This document shows positions 40,859 to 51,433 of a stretch of 64,000 bases of DNA, one piece after another. The stretch comes from Smithellaceae bacterium (GTDB taxonomy: Bacteria; Desulfobacterota; Syntrophia; Syntrophales; Smithellaceae): contig CAXXVL010000002.1 of the NCBI GenBank assembly GCA_963667845.2, positions 352,001 to 416,000 of the forward strand, read 5' to 3'. Numbering within the stretch: position 1 is the first letter of the stretch; each line of letters starts with the position of its first letter. The notes beneath the pieces are model-generated. The model saw only the letters and a list, made by a program, of their open reading frames with translations, ran no database searches and had not been told where the DNA came from. The position numbers were made by a program, and so were the translations under genes.

Positions 40859-42505
40859 ATGGAGGAAAAAATGGATCAATTTGTTTCCATCAGTCCCGAC
40901 GGCATTCGTTATTCATTGCCCAAGCCGGAAGATTACAAAAGCGAAATCGCTCGCATAGAAAAACTGGTCGTTCGGGCACGGAAAAAGGGTCAGGAGATTG
41001 TTGTCGTTATGGGAGTGGGCTTTGTAGGCTCCGTCATGGCGGCCATCATCGCCGATACGACTACGAAGAGGGGCAAGTCAGGCAAGTTTGTCATCGGTAT
41101 GCAACGGCCCAGTACGAGAAGTTACTGGAAGATCCCCAAACTCAACGAGGGCATTTCGCCGGTTAAGGCGGAGGATCCGGAAGTCGACCCCATGATCAGA
41201 CGCTGTGTTCTGGACAAAAAGACTCTTGTGGCGACCTTTGTTTATGACGTCCTTAAATTCGCCGATATAGCGGTTGTTGATGTTCAGCTGGATTATGCCA
41301 AGAATGAACTGGGCAATGTCAAAAACGGTCATGTCGAAATGTCCGCACTGGAAGAGTCTTTCGACATCATCGCCCATCACATCCCTGCCCATTGCCTGGT
41401 CCTCATCGAAACGACCGTCGCGCCGGGGACGACGGAGCAGGTCGCGCTTCCGGCGATGAGAAAGATCTTCCGCCAGCGCGGTATCACGACTGACCCGCTC
41501 ATTGCCCACAGCTACGAGCGCGTCATGCCGGGACGGGACTATGTGGCCTCGATTCGCGATTTCTGGCGAGTATGTTCCGGCGTTAATGAAGAAGCCAAAC
41601 GAAGAGTCGTCAAATTTTTAAACGAAGTGCTCAATACGGAAAAATTCCCCCTCACCGTATTGGATCGGCCTATTGAATCGGAGACGGCCAAGGTTGTGGA
41701 AAACAGCTACCGTGCGACCATTCTCGCTTTCCTGGATGAATGGAGTCTCTTTGCCGAGAGAAACGGCGTCGATCTTGTCAAGGTGATCAAGGCCATCAAA
41801 GTGAGGCCGACCCATTCGAACATGATTTTCCCGGGACCCGGCATCGGCGGCTACTGCCTGCCGAAGGATGGTGGCCTGGGGGTGTGGGCTAACCGTCACA
41901 TTCTCGGCTTTGAAGACGATACATTCAAGATGACCCCGCTGGCCATTGACATCAATGATACCCGATCCCTCCATGCCGCCCAGCTCGTCCGTGATGCCTT
42001 GCGGAATATGAGTCTGCCCATCGCCAGTGCGGAAGTACTCATTCTGGGTGCATCTTATCGTGAGGACGTCGGCGATACCCGCTACAGCGGCTCCGAAATT
42101 CTGATCCGCAGATTGACGGAGATGGGTGCTGAAATCCGAGTGCACGATCCCTATGTGGACAAATGGTTTGAATTTGAGAATCAGGAAGAATATGCCGCAA
42201 GCAGCAAGTCTGTCTTTTTCCGCAACCAGAAAAAACTGAAAGATTTACGCGTCCAGAAAGATCTGAACAAATCTCTGATGAACATCGACGCGCTGGTGCT
42301 GGCCGTTCGGCATGAAGCTTATCTCAAGCTGGATCCGGCCAAAATCGTCAGGGCCGCCGGCCACCCGATCGCCATCATTGACTGCTTCGGCATTCTCGAT
42401 GACGACCGTATCCGGCAATACCTCGCACTCGGTTGCGATGTTAAAGGTCTCGGCCGCGGGCATATCAAGCGGCTGAAGGACCAGGTCAGCAAGAGAGGAA
42501 TCTGA
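40859..42505 (+). CDS. UDP-glucose/GDP-mannose dehydrogenase family protein
   Basis: GVGFVG, ETTVAPGTT, ERVMPG, AKVVENSYR, GPGIGGYCLPKD, GASYREDVGDTR. Confidence 0.9.
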   Translation: MEEKMDQFVSISPDGIRYSLPKPEDYKSEIARIEKLVVRARKKGQEIVVVMGVGFVGSVMAAIIADTTTKRGKSGKFVIGMQRPSTRSYWKIPKLNEGISPVKAEDPEVDPMIRRCVLDKKTLVATFVYDVLKFADIAVVDVQLDYAKNELGNVKNGHVEMSALEESFDIIAHHIPAHCLVLIETTVAPGTTEQVALPAMRKIFRQRGITTDPLIAHSYERVMPGRDYVASIRDFWRVCSGVNEEAKRRVVKFLNEVLNTEKFPLTVLDRPIESETAKVVENSYRATILAFLDEWSLFAERNGVDLVKVIKAIKVRPTHSNMIFPGPGIGGYCLPKDGGLGVWANRHILGFEDDTFKMTPLAIDINDTRSLHAAQLVRDALRNMSLPIASAEVLILGASYREDVGDTRYSGSEILIRRLTEMGAEIRVHDPYVDKWFEFENQEEYAASSKSVFFRNQKKLKDLRVQKDLNKSLMNIDALVLAVRHEAYLKLDPAKIVRAAGHPIAIIDCFGILDDDRIRQYLALGCDVKGLGRGHIKRLKDQVSKRGI

Positions 42506-42663
42506 ATCGCACTGTTTTTAGCGAAAACGTTCAATCCGTCCTGCGGTTACACCTGAGAATTGCGGTTTGGAAGCACAACCGGATAAATCGTTTCCGTGTG
42601 CGCCGTAATCAACCACCTCGCAGCAAGCGACAGGGAATTAGCGCTCGTCCCGTGTGAGCGGGA

Positions 42664-43425
42664 TTAGAAATGATCATCCATCAGGCTCTTCATTGGACCG
42701 AGCAAATCATAACGGGTCAAGTCATATTGAATCGGTGTGACAGTGATGTAGCCTTGTGCCAGAGCGCTGACATCCGTCTGCAAATCCGGGTCGGCCGTCA
42801 ATGATTCCCCGGAAATCCAGTAATAGATATTGCCCCGCGGGTCGGTGCGTTTTTCAAACGACTCGATAATATTGCCCTTGCCCTGCCGGACGACGGCAAT
42901 CCCCTTTATCTTTTCTTCCGGCAGAAAAGGAACATTCACATTAATCGCACTGCCTTGAAGCGATTGGCTTTTCTTAATCAACCGCACCATCTTGCGGGCA
43001 AACTTCGCAGCAAATGCAAAATCAGCTTCTTGATGCGTATCAAGGGAAACGGCCAGAGCAGGCACGCCCATGATGACCGCCTCCGTCGCCGCAGATACCG
43101 TGCCCGAGTAAATCAGATTAACACCGACATTGGCGCCGCGATTGATGCCGGAGACGACCAGATCCGGTACACGATCCGAAAGTTCTTTGATGCCGATCTT
43201 TACGCAGTCCGCAGGTGTGCCATAGACCGCATACCCCAGGAAGCCGCCGCCCTTTGTTGCACTGCGGACCATCAACGGCCGGAAAAGTGTAATGGCGTGC
43301 CCGACAGCACTCTGTTCTATTTCCGGCGCCACAATCAGACAGTCATCGTCTTTGGACAACTCATCATAAAGAGCGCCGAGACCCCGCGCATAAATCCCGT
43401 CATCATTGGTTAAAAGAATTCTCAT
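42664..43425 (-). CDS. surE: 5'/3'-nucleotidase SurE
   Basis: ILLTNDDGI, GTPADCV, SGINRGAN, YSGTVSAA. Confidence 0.96.
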   Translation of the reverse strand: MRILLTNDDGIYARGLGALYDELSKDDDCLIVAPEIEQSAVGHAITLFRPLMVRSATKGGGFLGYAVYGTPADCVKIGIKELSDRVPDLVVSGINRGANVGVNLIYSGTVSAATEAVIMGVPALAVSLDTHQEADFAFAAKFARKMVRLIKKSQSLQGSAINVNVPFLPEEKIKGIAVVRQGKGNIIESFEKRTDPRGNIYYWISGESLTADPDLQTDVSALAQGYITVTPIQYDLTRYDLLGPMKSLMDDHF

Positions 43426-43504
43426 ATTCAGTCCATACTAAAACACTACCGTCGCATTTCGTAAGTAACTCTGTTCCAACTTCTCAGCTCTTCGGATTTT
43501 TGTA

Positions 43505-43532
43505 CCTTGTTCCTTGCGCCTTGAACCTGGAA
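43505..43532. repeat. Heptamer tandem array (CCTTGNN-like x4)
   Basis: CCTTGTT CCTTGCG CCTTGAA CCTGGAA immediately after a stop codon. Confidence 0.6.
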
Positions 43533-43536
43533 CTTC

Positions 43537-44904
43537 TTATTTCACCTGGATGAATTTGCCGTTTTCGACCTTTAAAATAAACGCGTCTTTTTGCGCAACC
43601 CGATTGCCGCGAAAGGAAACGCTGCCGGTGACTCCCCGGAACCCGGTGACCGCCAGCAGGCCTTTCATAAAATCGGCGCGCGTCTTAATATGCTGGTCTT
43701 CCAGAACGCTGAACATTATCCCCATCGTATCATAGGACAAGGCTTCAATATTGTCCGGTTCCCGACGATACGCAGAATAGTAAACGTCGACAAAATCGTT
43801 GGTTTCCGGGAGAAATCCGTTCACAAAGAAGCTGTCGGCAAAAACGGCACCTTCCAGGTAATCAGTACCTTTCTTCAGCAGCTCTGGCGAATGCCATAAA
43901 CTCGTCCCCAGAATCTGCACGCCCTTGATGTTATAGAATGCAAGTTGCGCTGTGATCATTTTTACCCGGAAAGCCGAGTCCGGAATAAACAGCGCTTCGA
44001 AATCTACCGTTAATTTACTTTTTGCCTCATCCCTCGTAGCAAAAACTTTTTCGTGCGCTCCGATCCTGTTCTTAGTCAGTTTGCCGATCTGCTCCGCAAA
44101 ATCCGTTTGGGTCTTGCTGTAAGGAACAGCTTTATCCACCTTGCCGCCAATTTCTTTTGCCTCTCTGCGGAATATGCGAACCATGTCTGTACCGTACTCA
44201 TCCTGCGGATAGAGAATGGAAAAGATGGCTACATTCAAGTGATCGAGCGCGTAACGCGTCAAGGCCTCCAGTTGCTGAGTCGGCGTGAGGAAATGCTGAA
44301 ACACAAATTCGCCGACTTCCGTAACGCCTTCTTTGGAGGTGATCAAAACCAGCGGCACGCGACGCGCCTGGGCTTCGCGGGCCGCATCGATTGCTTCGCT
44401 CGTTCCGGAAACGGCCACAATGGCCATCACATGCGCCTGATCGGCCAGGTACTTAACCGCGTCTTTTGTCTTTTGAGGAGTTTCACCGGAATCGGCAACG
44501 ATGATCTTCCATGGTGATCGAGACCGTTGGTTGAAAATATCCGCGGATAGTAATACGGCATCCAGCGCTTTATTTCCGGAATCGGCAAACCGGCCGGTAA
44601 GAGGAAGAATGCATCCGACCGCATAACGATCATCGGAAACAGCGGGTGGCACAATCATCGGCGGCGGGGTCTTGACTTCCACGGGCTTGGTTTCCGGCAC
44701 TTTCACTTTCACTTCCGCTTCTCTGGTGTCCGGCGGCTTAATTGTGGATGGTTTGACTCCGGCAGCCGGCAGCTCTTTTTCAGCGGTCGACGTCCGAGGC
44801 GCCCCCGCTCCCGTCTTTGTTATGACCGTCTGCTTTTCTGCACACCCCATTGACAACAATAGTATGAATAAAGATATCGCTGCCAATCGATGATACGTTT
44901 TCAT
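43537..44904 (-). CDS. Lipoprotein, LppC/LpoA-like penicillin-binding-protein activator (periplasmic binding fold)
   Basis: Lipobox SMGC, VGCILPLTG, YG...F, DFEALFIPD, LGTSLWHS, GVTG. Confidence 0.8.
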   Translation of the reverse strand: MKTYHRLAAISLFILLLSMGCAEKQTVITKTGAGAPRTSTAEKELPAAGVKPSTIKPPDTREAEVKVKVPETKPVEVKTPPPMIVPPAVSDDRYAVGCILPLTGRFADSGNKALDAVLLSADIFNQRSRSPWKIIVADSGETPQKTKDAVKYLADQAHVMAIVAVSGTSEAIDAAREAQARRVPLVLITSKEGVTEVGEFVFQHFLTPTQQLEALTRYALDHLNVAIFSILYPQDEYGTDMVRIFRREAKEIGGKVDKAVPYSKTQTDFAEQIGKLTKNRIGAHEKVFATRDEAKSKLTVDFEALFIPDSAFRVKMITAQLAFYNIKGVQILGTSLWHSPELLKKGTDYLEGAVFADSFFVNGFLPETNDFVDVYYSAYRREPDNIEALSYDTMGIMFSVLEDQHIKTRADFMKGLLAVTGFRGVTGSVSFRGNRVAQKDAFILKVENGKFIQVK

Positions 44905-45250
44905 TTTGCCTCCTCGATAATCGTTACCATATCACGGCGCATTTCTTGCGCCAAACCCGGCTTGTCAATCAAAACGGACATCTCACTATGGTGCCTGGGG
45001 GCCTGATGCGGCAAGTTATGAGTCCCGATAAACACCCGTCTTTGCTCCACACCGCCTTCAGCATGCATCGTTTTTTGAGGCGAGTCCAGATAAACCTTTT
45101 CGCCTCTTTTTTCCCGGCGGTTCATTTGTTTTGAAATTCTGCCGCGATAAAGAGTTCATTTTCCGCCCCATCCACGGCACGCAGAAGAGGGGAAAAGATT
45201 CTTCATTCCTTAACGGGTTGCACCGCACGAAACACCCTCGGAACCAATAA
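44901..45250 (-). pseudogene. Decayed phospholipase D (HKD) domain gene
   Basis: VYLDSPQKTMHAEGGVEQRRVFIGTHNL...SEMSVLID resembles HxKxxxxD-x6-GSxN with the K and D lost. An upstream fragment LLRAVDGAENELFIA resembles a PLD N-terminus. Confidence 0.55.
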
Positions 45251-45410
45251 ACGTTTCCGGCAAAGCGCCTTCACCCAAAATGACGAACCCTCCAGCCGGC
45301 AAAAGGTCACGGGCCGTAACCCGTTCCCGGACGCTAAAATGGCTTTTCTATATAAGAACCTTACAATACCGTGATTTATTGTATTATATTTTTCAGGGCA
45401 GGTCGACATA

Positions 45411-45445
45411 AAAAAGCCCGAAACCGTTTTCACGATTCCGGGCTT
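45411..45445 (-). terminator. Rho-independent terminator after dnaK
   Basis: AAGCCCG...CGGGCTT stem with a U-tract on the minus strand. Confidence 0.7.
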
Positions 45446-45463
45446 AAGTAGAATTATAGTGAT

Positions 45464-47380
45464 TTATTTCTTCACTTCCTCAAAATCCGCGTCCACAACG
45501 TCATCGTCCTTTTTACCCGATGTCTGGCCCTCCGGACCCGCGGCTCCCGCACCGCCTGCAGCACCCGCCCCGCCGGCGGTTTTCGCGTACATGGCTTCGG
45601 CCAGTTTATGGGAGACATTCATCAACTCCTCCTGAGACTTCTTGATCGCTTCAAGATCATCACCTTCCAGCGCTTTCTTCACTTTGGCAATAGCCTCTTC
45701 GATTCTGGTTCTTTCCGCCGCATCAACCTTATCGCCGAACTCCTTCACATTCTTCTCTACGGAGTAAACCAGCGAATCCGCCTGGTTTCTGGCTTCAATG
45801 AACTCCTTGCGCCGCTTGTCTTCTTCGGCATGCGCCTCCGCATCGCGAACCAGCTTTTCGATTTCCGCCTCGGACAGCCCGCTTGACGCGGTAATCTTGA
45901 TGCTCTGCTCTTTACCGGTACCGAGATCCTTGGCGCCAACATGCACAATACCGTTGGCATCAATATCAAAAGTGACTTCGACCTGCGGGACACCGCGCGG
46001 CGCGGGCGGAATTCCTACCAATTCAAATCGTCCCAGAGTCCGGTTATCTGCAGCCATCTGACGCTCGCCCTGCAGGACATGAATACTCACTGCCGGCTGA
46101 TTGTCGGCCGCCGTGGAAAATATCTGACTCTTCTTGCTGGGAATCGTCGTGTTCTTCTCGATGAGTCTGGTCATCACACCGCCCAGGGTTTCAATACCCA
46201 GTGACAGGGGTGTAACATCCAGCAGGAGAACGTCTTTCACATCGCCGGCCAGGACGCCGCCTTGAATGGCCGCGCCGACAGCCACGACTTCATCCGGATT
46301 GACACCTTTATGCGGTTCTTTTCCGAAAAGTTCTTTTACCTTCTGCTGAACGCGCGGCATGCGGGTCATGCCACCGACGAGGATCACCTCGTCAATCTCC
46401 TTCGTTGAAAGATTTGCATCCTTCAGCGCTGTCTGGCAGGGACCGATCACCTTGTCGATCAAATCTTCGACGAGCGATTCCAGTTTGGCGCGTGTCAACT
46501 TGATGTTCATGTGTTTGGGGCCGGCAGCGTCCGCCGTGATGAACGGCAGGTTGATGTCCGTTTCCATTGTCGTGGAGAGTTCCATCTTTGCTTTTTCCGC
46601 CGCTTCCTTCAGGCGCTGCAGCGCCATTTTGTCCGTGCGCAGATCGATCCCCTGGTCCTTCTTGAACTCCGCAACCAGGTAGTCCATGACGCGCTGATCG
46701 AAGTCTTCACCGCCCAGGTGCGTATCCCCGTTGGTCGACTTCACTTCAAAAACACCTTCGCCCAGCTCCAGGATGGAGATATCAAAGGTTCCGCCGCCCA
46801 GATCAAACACAGCGATCTTCTCGTCCTTCTTCTTATCCAGGCCATAGGCCAGCGCCGCAGCGGTCGGTTCATTGATGATGCGCAAGACATTCAGCCCGGC
46901 AATCCTGCCCGCGTCTTTTGTTGCCTGACGCTGCGAGTCGTTGAAATAAGCCGGAACCGTGATCACTGCGTCCGGTGTCTTTTCGCCCAGATATTCTTCA
47001 GCCGTCTGCCTCATCTTCGTCAGAATCATCGCGGAGATTTCCGCCGGAGAATAATTCTTGCCCCGCACGGTGACCTGAGCATCGCCATTGGGCGCTTCGG
47101 TGATCTTGTACGCCGAGATTTTCACGTCATATTGAATTTCCTTGGAACTATATTTTCGGCCGATCAGCCGTTTGACGGCATAAACCGTATTTTCTGAATT
47201 TGTAATCGCCTGCCTTTTCGCCACCTGCCCTACCAGCCGTTCGCCGCTCTCCGTTATGGCAACAACAGACGGGGTGGTGCGGTTGCCTTCCTGATTGGCG
47301 ATAACCACCGGATCGCCTCCCTCCATCACCGCCACGCATGAATTGGTTGTTCCTAAGTCTATCCCGATAATTTTTCCCAT
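45464..47380 (-). CDS. dnaK: Chaperone DnaK
   Basis: [36 protein letters not shown]. Confidence 0.98.
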   Translation of the reverse strand: MGKIIGIDLGTTNSCVAVMEGGDPVVIANQEGNRTTPSVVAITESGERLVGQVAKRQAITNSENTVYAVKRLIGRKYSSKEIQYDVKISAYKITEAPNGDAQVTVRGKNYSPAEISAMILTKMRQTAEEYLGEKTPDAVITVPAYFNDSQRQATKDAGRIAGLNVLRIINEPTAAALAYGLDKKKDEKIAVFDLGGGTFDISILELGEGVFEVKSTNGDTHLGGEDFDQRVMDYLVAEFKKDQGIDLRTDKMALQRLKEAAEKAKMELSTTMETDINLPFITADAAGPKHMNIKLTRAKLESLVEDLIDKVIGPCQTALKDANLSTKEIDEVILVGGMTRMPRVQQKVKELFGKEPHKGVNPDEVVAVGAAIQGGVLAGDVKDVLLLDVTPLSLGIETLGGVMTRLIEKNTTIPSKKSQIFSTAADNQPAVSIHVLQGERQMAADNRTLGRFELVGIPPAPRGVPQVEVTFDIDANGIVHVGAKDLGTGKEQSIKITASSGLSEAEIEKLVRDAEAHAEEDKRRKEFIEARNQADSLVYSVEKNVKEFGDKVDAAERTRIEEAIAKVKKALEGDDLEAIKKSQEELMNVSHKLAEAMYAKTAGGAGAAGGAGAAGPEGQTSGKKDDDVVDADFEEVKK

Positions 47381-47396
47381 TTTCTATTCCTCCTTA

Positions 47397-47993
47397 TTAT
47401 CCGTTGGTCTCTTTAATTTCACATCCGTCGTTATCTTTATTTTTTTTGCATACGCAGACTCTCGATGGACGGATCAGTCTGCCGTTCAGCAAATAGCCTT
47501 TTTCCATCTCGCTGACAATCTGGTTGTCCTGGTGTTCCGCGCTGTCCATTTGCATCAGCGCTTCGTGGACGTTGGGATCAAAATTTTCCCCTACGCTGTC
47601 GATCTTCTCCACGCCGTGCTTTTTCAGGCAGCATAGCAACTGGTCCTGAATCAGCGCGATACCGGACTTGAACGACTGCACATCACTGCTTTCCGCATGC
47701 GAAAGTGCCCGATCCAGACTGTCCAGAAAAGGCAGAATATCTTTTATTAAATCTTCTTTACCGTATTTAATGATATCGGCTTTATCCCGTGCCGCCCGCT
47801 TCTTAAAATTCTCCAATTCAGCTGCGATTCGGAGGTAGCGGTCGTAATTTTCTTTGGCTTCTTTTTCTTTTGCGGTAAACGCCGCTTTCAGCTTTTCCGG
47901 ATCGATTGTCTCAACCGGATCCTGCATGGGTGCAACCGGGTCGCCGGACTCCACTTTTATCTTCCTATCCGCATGATCTTTTTTTGAACTCAC
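47397..47993 (-). CDS. grpE: Nucleotide exchange factor GrpE
   Basis: AELENFKKR, FDPNVHEA, KGYLLNGRLIRP. Confidence 0.95.
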   Translation of the reverse strand: MSSKKDHADRKIKVESGDPVAPMQDPVETIDPEKLKAAFTAKEKEAKENYDRYLRIAAELENFKKRAARDKADIIKYGKEDLIKDILPFLDSLDRALSHAESSDVQSFKSGIALIQDQLLCCLKKHGVEKIDSVGENFDPNVHEALMQMDSAEHQDNQIVSEMEKGYLLNGRLIRPSRVCVCKKNKDNDGCEIKETNG

Positions 47994-48009
47994 GTAAATA
48001 CCACTCCCT

Positions 48010-48603
48010 TTATTTTATATCCGGCCTCTGGAACAATTTGATATCCACCAATTCACAGATCACGTGGCCGGCTGTAATATGAGTTTCCTGAATTCGTGCC
48101 GTACTGTTCGATGCGACATTCAGGGATAAATCTACCATTTTGGCAATGGCTCCGCCGTCCTTGCCGGTGAAGGCCAATGTGATCAAACCCATTTTCTTGG
48201 CCGTCTCGATTCCCTTTTGCACATTCGGCGAATTCCCGCTCGTACTGATCCCCCAGGCGACATCGCCCTGCTGTCCGAATGCCCGGATCTGTTTGGCGAA
48301 AATCTCTGAGAAGTCATAATCGTTACCTATACTGGTAATAACGGATGTGTCTGTTGTCAATGCTAGCGCGGGTAGCGGCGGTCTTTCGATAATAAACCGG
48401 TTGACAAATTCGGCAGCAATGTGCTGAGCGTCGGCAGCAGAACCGCCGTTGCCGAAAAGCATGATTTTATTGCCTGCTTTGAGAGCTGTCGTCAAAACTT
48501 CTATGACATCGATTAATTTTCCGAGGTTATCATTGATGAAAGCCTCCTTGACGCGGCAACTTTCCTTGAATATCTTTACAGCCTGATCTCTCATGTTGAA
48601 CAT
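48010..48603 (-). CDS. gmhA: Sedoheptulose 7-phosphate isomerase
   Basis: GNGGSAADAQH, IGNDY, ISTSGNSPN, TARIQE. Confidence 0.95.
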   Translation of the reverse strand: MFNMRDQAVKIFKESCRVKEAFINDNLGKLIDVIEVLTTALKAGNKIMLFGNGGSAADAQHIAAEFVNRFIIERPPLPALALTTDTSVITSIGNDYDFSEIFAKQIRAFGQQGDVAWGISTSGNSPNVQKGIETAKKMGLITLAFTGKDGGAIAKMVDLSLNVASNSTARIQETHITAGHVICELVDIKLFQRPDIK

Positions 48604-48762
48604 CCTTATTTTTTATAAGAAACCCCAAGTGAAGCGCCAATTAATTTAAGGATGCCATTTTGTGTGTCAAGGGCGGACAAGCGATTTTTTTGCAGATTTC
48701 TCTTGTTCAGACGAACATACGATTGAGCAGAAATCTCAGAGCGAGCTTAAATAAACTCCCCC

Positions 48763-48790
48763 TTGACAACAAAAATTTCATTCATATATT
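48763..48790 (+). promoter_or_regulatory. Sigma70-type promoter for the Hsp20 cluster
   Basis: TTGACA-N16-TATATT upstream of an AGGAGG RBS. Confidence 0.55.
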
Positions 48791-48863
48791 GTGCTTGGAA
48801 CACAAAATAAATAATAATTGCAAATGCTTACAGCAACTTGAGTAAAAAGAAGGAGGAAGAATC

Positions 48864-49301
48864 ATGTTCACCCCGAGTCTATGGAGAGTTCGAAGATTTG
48901 CTGATGTCATGCCGGAAATGCTTAATGTGCAGAGAGAAATGAACCGGCTTTTTTCCAATGTCGGACAGAAGTCACCGGGAAATTACCCGGCAGTCAACAT
49001 CTGGGAGAAAGATGACACAGCCGTCGTGACGGCTGAGCTGCCCGGACTTGATCCGGAAAAAGTGGATGTCTCTGTAACCGGTGATATCTTGACCATCGCA
49101 GGCGAAGTCATGCCTGAAAAATTTAGCGAAGGTGAAACTTACCTGCGTCAGGAAAGAAGCTCAGGAAGTTTCAAAAGAAGCGTTCAATTGCCGTTCCAAA
49201 TCAGCGCACAGGACGTTGGGGCCAAGTATGAAAAGGGGATATTAATGGTTACCTTGCCCCGGATCAAAGAAGATTTACCTAAAAAGATTAAGATTCAATA
49301 G
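48864..49301 (+). CDS. Hsp20/alpha-crystallin small heat-shock protein
   Basis: AELPGL, RQERSSGSFKR, AKYEKGILMVTLP. Confidence 0.93.
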   Translation: MFTPSLWRVRRFADVMPEMLNVQREMNRLFSNVGQKSPGNYPAVNIWEKDDTAVVTAELPGLDPEKVDVSVTGDILTIAGEVMPEKFSEGETYLRQERSSGSFKRSVQLPFQISAQDVGAKYEKGILMVTLPRIKEDLPKKIKIQ

Positions 49302-49322
49302 CCGGAAAGGAGGGCGGATTCG

Positions 49323-49715
49323 ATGATAGAAAAAGATGTGCAAAAAACTGAAAATGTGGCGGCCACCGAGCGTATCCGTAATGTTAAAACGTTCATACCG
49401 CGCGTAGATATTTACGAAAACAAAAAATCACTTTTTTTAATCGCTGATATGCCGGGCGTGGACGAGAAGACTGTGGATATTGAATTGGAAAAAAACATTT
49501 TAACGATCACCGGCCGGGCTGAAAATGGAAGGATCAAGGATGGTGCGATGATGTATTCAGAATACGAAATTGGCGACTATGAAAGAGTATTTACCCTATC
49601 GGATGAAATTGACCGTGATAGGATCGTTGCGACCGTAAAAAACGGCGTTTTGCGACTGGAACTTCCGAAAGCGGAAAAAGTCAAACCGAAAAAAATCGCC
49701 ATCCAGGCGGCATAG
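49323..49715 (+). CDS. Hsp20/alpha-crystallin small heat-shock protein
   Basis: PRVDIYE, ADMPGV, KNGVLRLELPK. Confidence 0.93.
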   Translation: MIEKDVQKTENVAATERIRNVKTFIPRVDIYENKKSLFLIADMPGVDEKTVDIELEKNILTITGRAENGRIKDGAMMYSEYEIGDYERVFTLSDEIDRDRIVATVKNGVLRLELPKAEKVKPKKIAIQAA

Positions 49716-49843
49716 AAAAAATCTCAAGTTTTAAGTTTTTAAGGGGTAAAAGATTTAATCTACAAACCTCCCGAAGCGGGATAATTCGAGTAAACAATTC
49801 CGGCAAACTAAAGCTTCCGGAATCGGCGTCTCATTAGGAGGAC

Positions 49844-50341
49844 ATGATTATGAAAATAAAAAATCTATTGCCGACGGCTGGAAAACCCGCAGGAAGAGAC
49901 GATGATCATCCCTTCTATTCTTTGCAGAATCAGATGAATAGTTTGTTTGATGATTTCTTCTCCGGGTTCGACGTCGCACCGCGCGTATTGACGGGCGGCT
50001 TCGGCGCTTTTGTGCCGTCCGTCGACATCAAGGAAAGCGATAAGGATTTTACGATTTATGCCGAACTTCCCGGCGTGGATGAAAAAGATGTTGAGGTATC
50101 GGTAACCGGCGATTCAGTGACCATCAGAGGAGAAAAGAAAGAAGAAAAAGAAGATAAGAGGAAGAATTATTTTTACATGGAACGATCGTACGGTTCTTTC
50201 AACCGCACGATTCCGCTTACGGCAGAAATAGATGCCGATAAAACGCAGGCGAGTTTTAAGAACGGTGTACTGAATATCACCATTCCCAAGACTCAGTCGT
50301 CCGGGTTCAAGGGAACAAAAATCCCCATTACATCCGCATAA
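49844..50341 (+). CDS. Hsp20/alpha-crystallin small heat-shock protein
   Basis: PSVDIKE, AELPGV, ERSYGSFNR, ASFKNGVLNITIPK. Confidence 0.93.
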   Translation: MIMKIKNLLPTAGKPAGRDDDHPFYSLQNQMNSLFDDFFSGFDVAPRVLTGGFGAFVPSVDIKESDKDFTIYAELPGVDEKDVEVSVTGDSVTIRGEKKEEKEDKRKNYFYMERSYGSFNRTIPLTAEIDADKTQASFKNGVLNITIPKTQSSGFKGTKIPITSA

Positions 50342-50350
50342 ACTGAAATC

Positions 50351-50388
50351 GCAAATCCGTCATCCTTTTTAAAGGGTGGCGGATTTGC
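50351..50388 (+). terminator. Hairpin after the Hsp20 cluster
   Basis: GCAAATCCGTCATCC...GGGTGGCGGATTTGC stem. Confidence 0.65.
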
Positions 50389-50550
50389 AGATTTACATAA
50401 ACCATCGCGCACCTTCCCAGCGTTTCTTTTGATGCGGCAATAATTCAATTACCTTGCAGTGACGGACTGCAACCGTGAAAGAAGGTCCGCCCTTTTTCAT
50501 TGCATTTACCCGCCCGGCCTGCTAAACCGCAGCAACAACAGCAAGGATAA

Positions 50551-51315
50551 ATGATCTTTATGGGAAAAACACTCCCGGAAAAATATCCCCAGGTTAAAGA
50601 AGTCACGGATGCCCAGCGAATCAGCATGGTGAAAGAGATTTTTTCTACGATCACCGGCAAATACGACTTCTTGAACCGTCTCCTCAGTCTGCGGCGCGAT
50701 GTCGCCTGGCGAAACTTTGCTGCAAAAAAAATGCACTTTTTTCGGACCAACCGTTATCTGGACGTGGCCTGCGGTACGGGCGATCTGTCGATCGCGGCGG
50801 CGCTCAGGCACCCGCAAATCTCCGTAACCGGAATTGATTTCGTGCCCGCGATGGTGGACGTGGCAAGAGGCAAAGTACAAAAGAAAAATCTCGCCGACAG
50901 AATCGTCCTGATGCAGGGCGACGCGCTGCAGTTGCCCTTTGCCGACAATACCTTTGATGTTTCAGGCATCGCCTTCGGCATTCGCAATATTCCCGATCGT
51001 AAGCAGGCGCTTTCCGAAATGCTGCGCGTGACGATCCCCGGCGGACAAGTGATGGTACTGGAAATGACATTTGTCCAGAATCGTTTCTTTAAGCTGACTT
51101 ATTATGTTTATTTGAATTTTCTACTGCCGGCATTTGCCAAGCTGCTTTCCAAGAACCCCGCCGCTTACTATTACCTGGCCGATTCAATCATGAACTTCCC
51201 CTCCCCGGACGAATTCGCAAAGATCATGGAAGCCTCCGGTATGGTCCGTGTGGAAAAATACCCGCTGACCTTCGGCGTCACGTGGCTGCACATCGGGAAG
51301 AAGGATAAAGGATAA
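50551..51315 (+). CDS. ubiE: Ubiquinone/menaquinone biosynthesis methyltransferase (UbiE/MenG)
   Basis: KYDFLNRLLS, LDVACGTGD, GDALQLPFADNTFD, FGIRN, YLADSI. Confidence 0.9.
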   Translation: MIFMGKTLPEKYPQVKEVTDAQRISMVKEIFSTITGKYDFLNRLLSLRRDVAWRNFAAKKMHFFRTNRYLDVACGTGDLSIAAALRHPQISVTGIDFVPAMVDVARGKVQKKNLADRIVLMQGDALQLPFADNTFDVSGIAFGIRNIPDRKQALSEMLRVTIPGGQVMVLEMTFVQNRFFKLTYYVYLNFLLPAFAKLLSKNPAAYYYLADSIMNFPSPDEFAKIMEASGMVRVEKYPLTFGVTWLHIGKKDKG

Positions 51316-51433
51316 AGGATAAAGGTTCAAGGTTCAAGGTTCAAGGCGCAAGGTGCAAGGAAAGCCCGGAGGATTCCATCCCGGGCTTCTCTTTTTTTGA
51401 ATCCCGACCTTGTACCTTTTTCCTTGAACCTAC
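51301..51433. repeat. Heptamer arrays (AAGGNNN x8 and complementary CCTTNNN x3) flanking a bidirectional terminator
   Basis: AAGGATA x3, AAGGTTC x3, AAGGCGC, AAGGTGC; hairpin AAGCCCGG...CCGGGCTT at 51362-51388; then CCTTGTA CCTTTTT CCTTGAA. Confidence 0.8.

Noticed and set aside
42612..42663. REP-like or IS200/IS605-end-like degenerate palindrome (CCTCGCAGCAAGCGACAGGGAATT)
   Set aside because: Single, degenerate copy with no transposase nearby.
51301..51360. CRISPR array
   Set aside because: 7-bp tandem units without spacers; no cas genes in the window.
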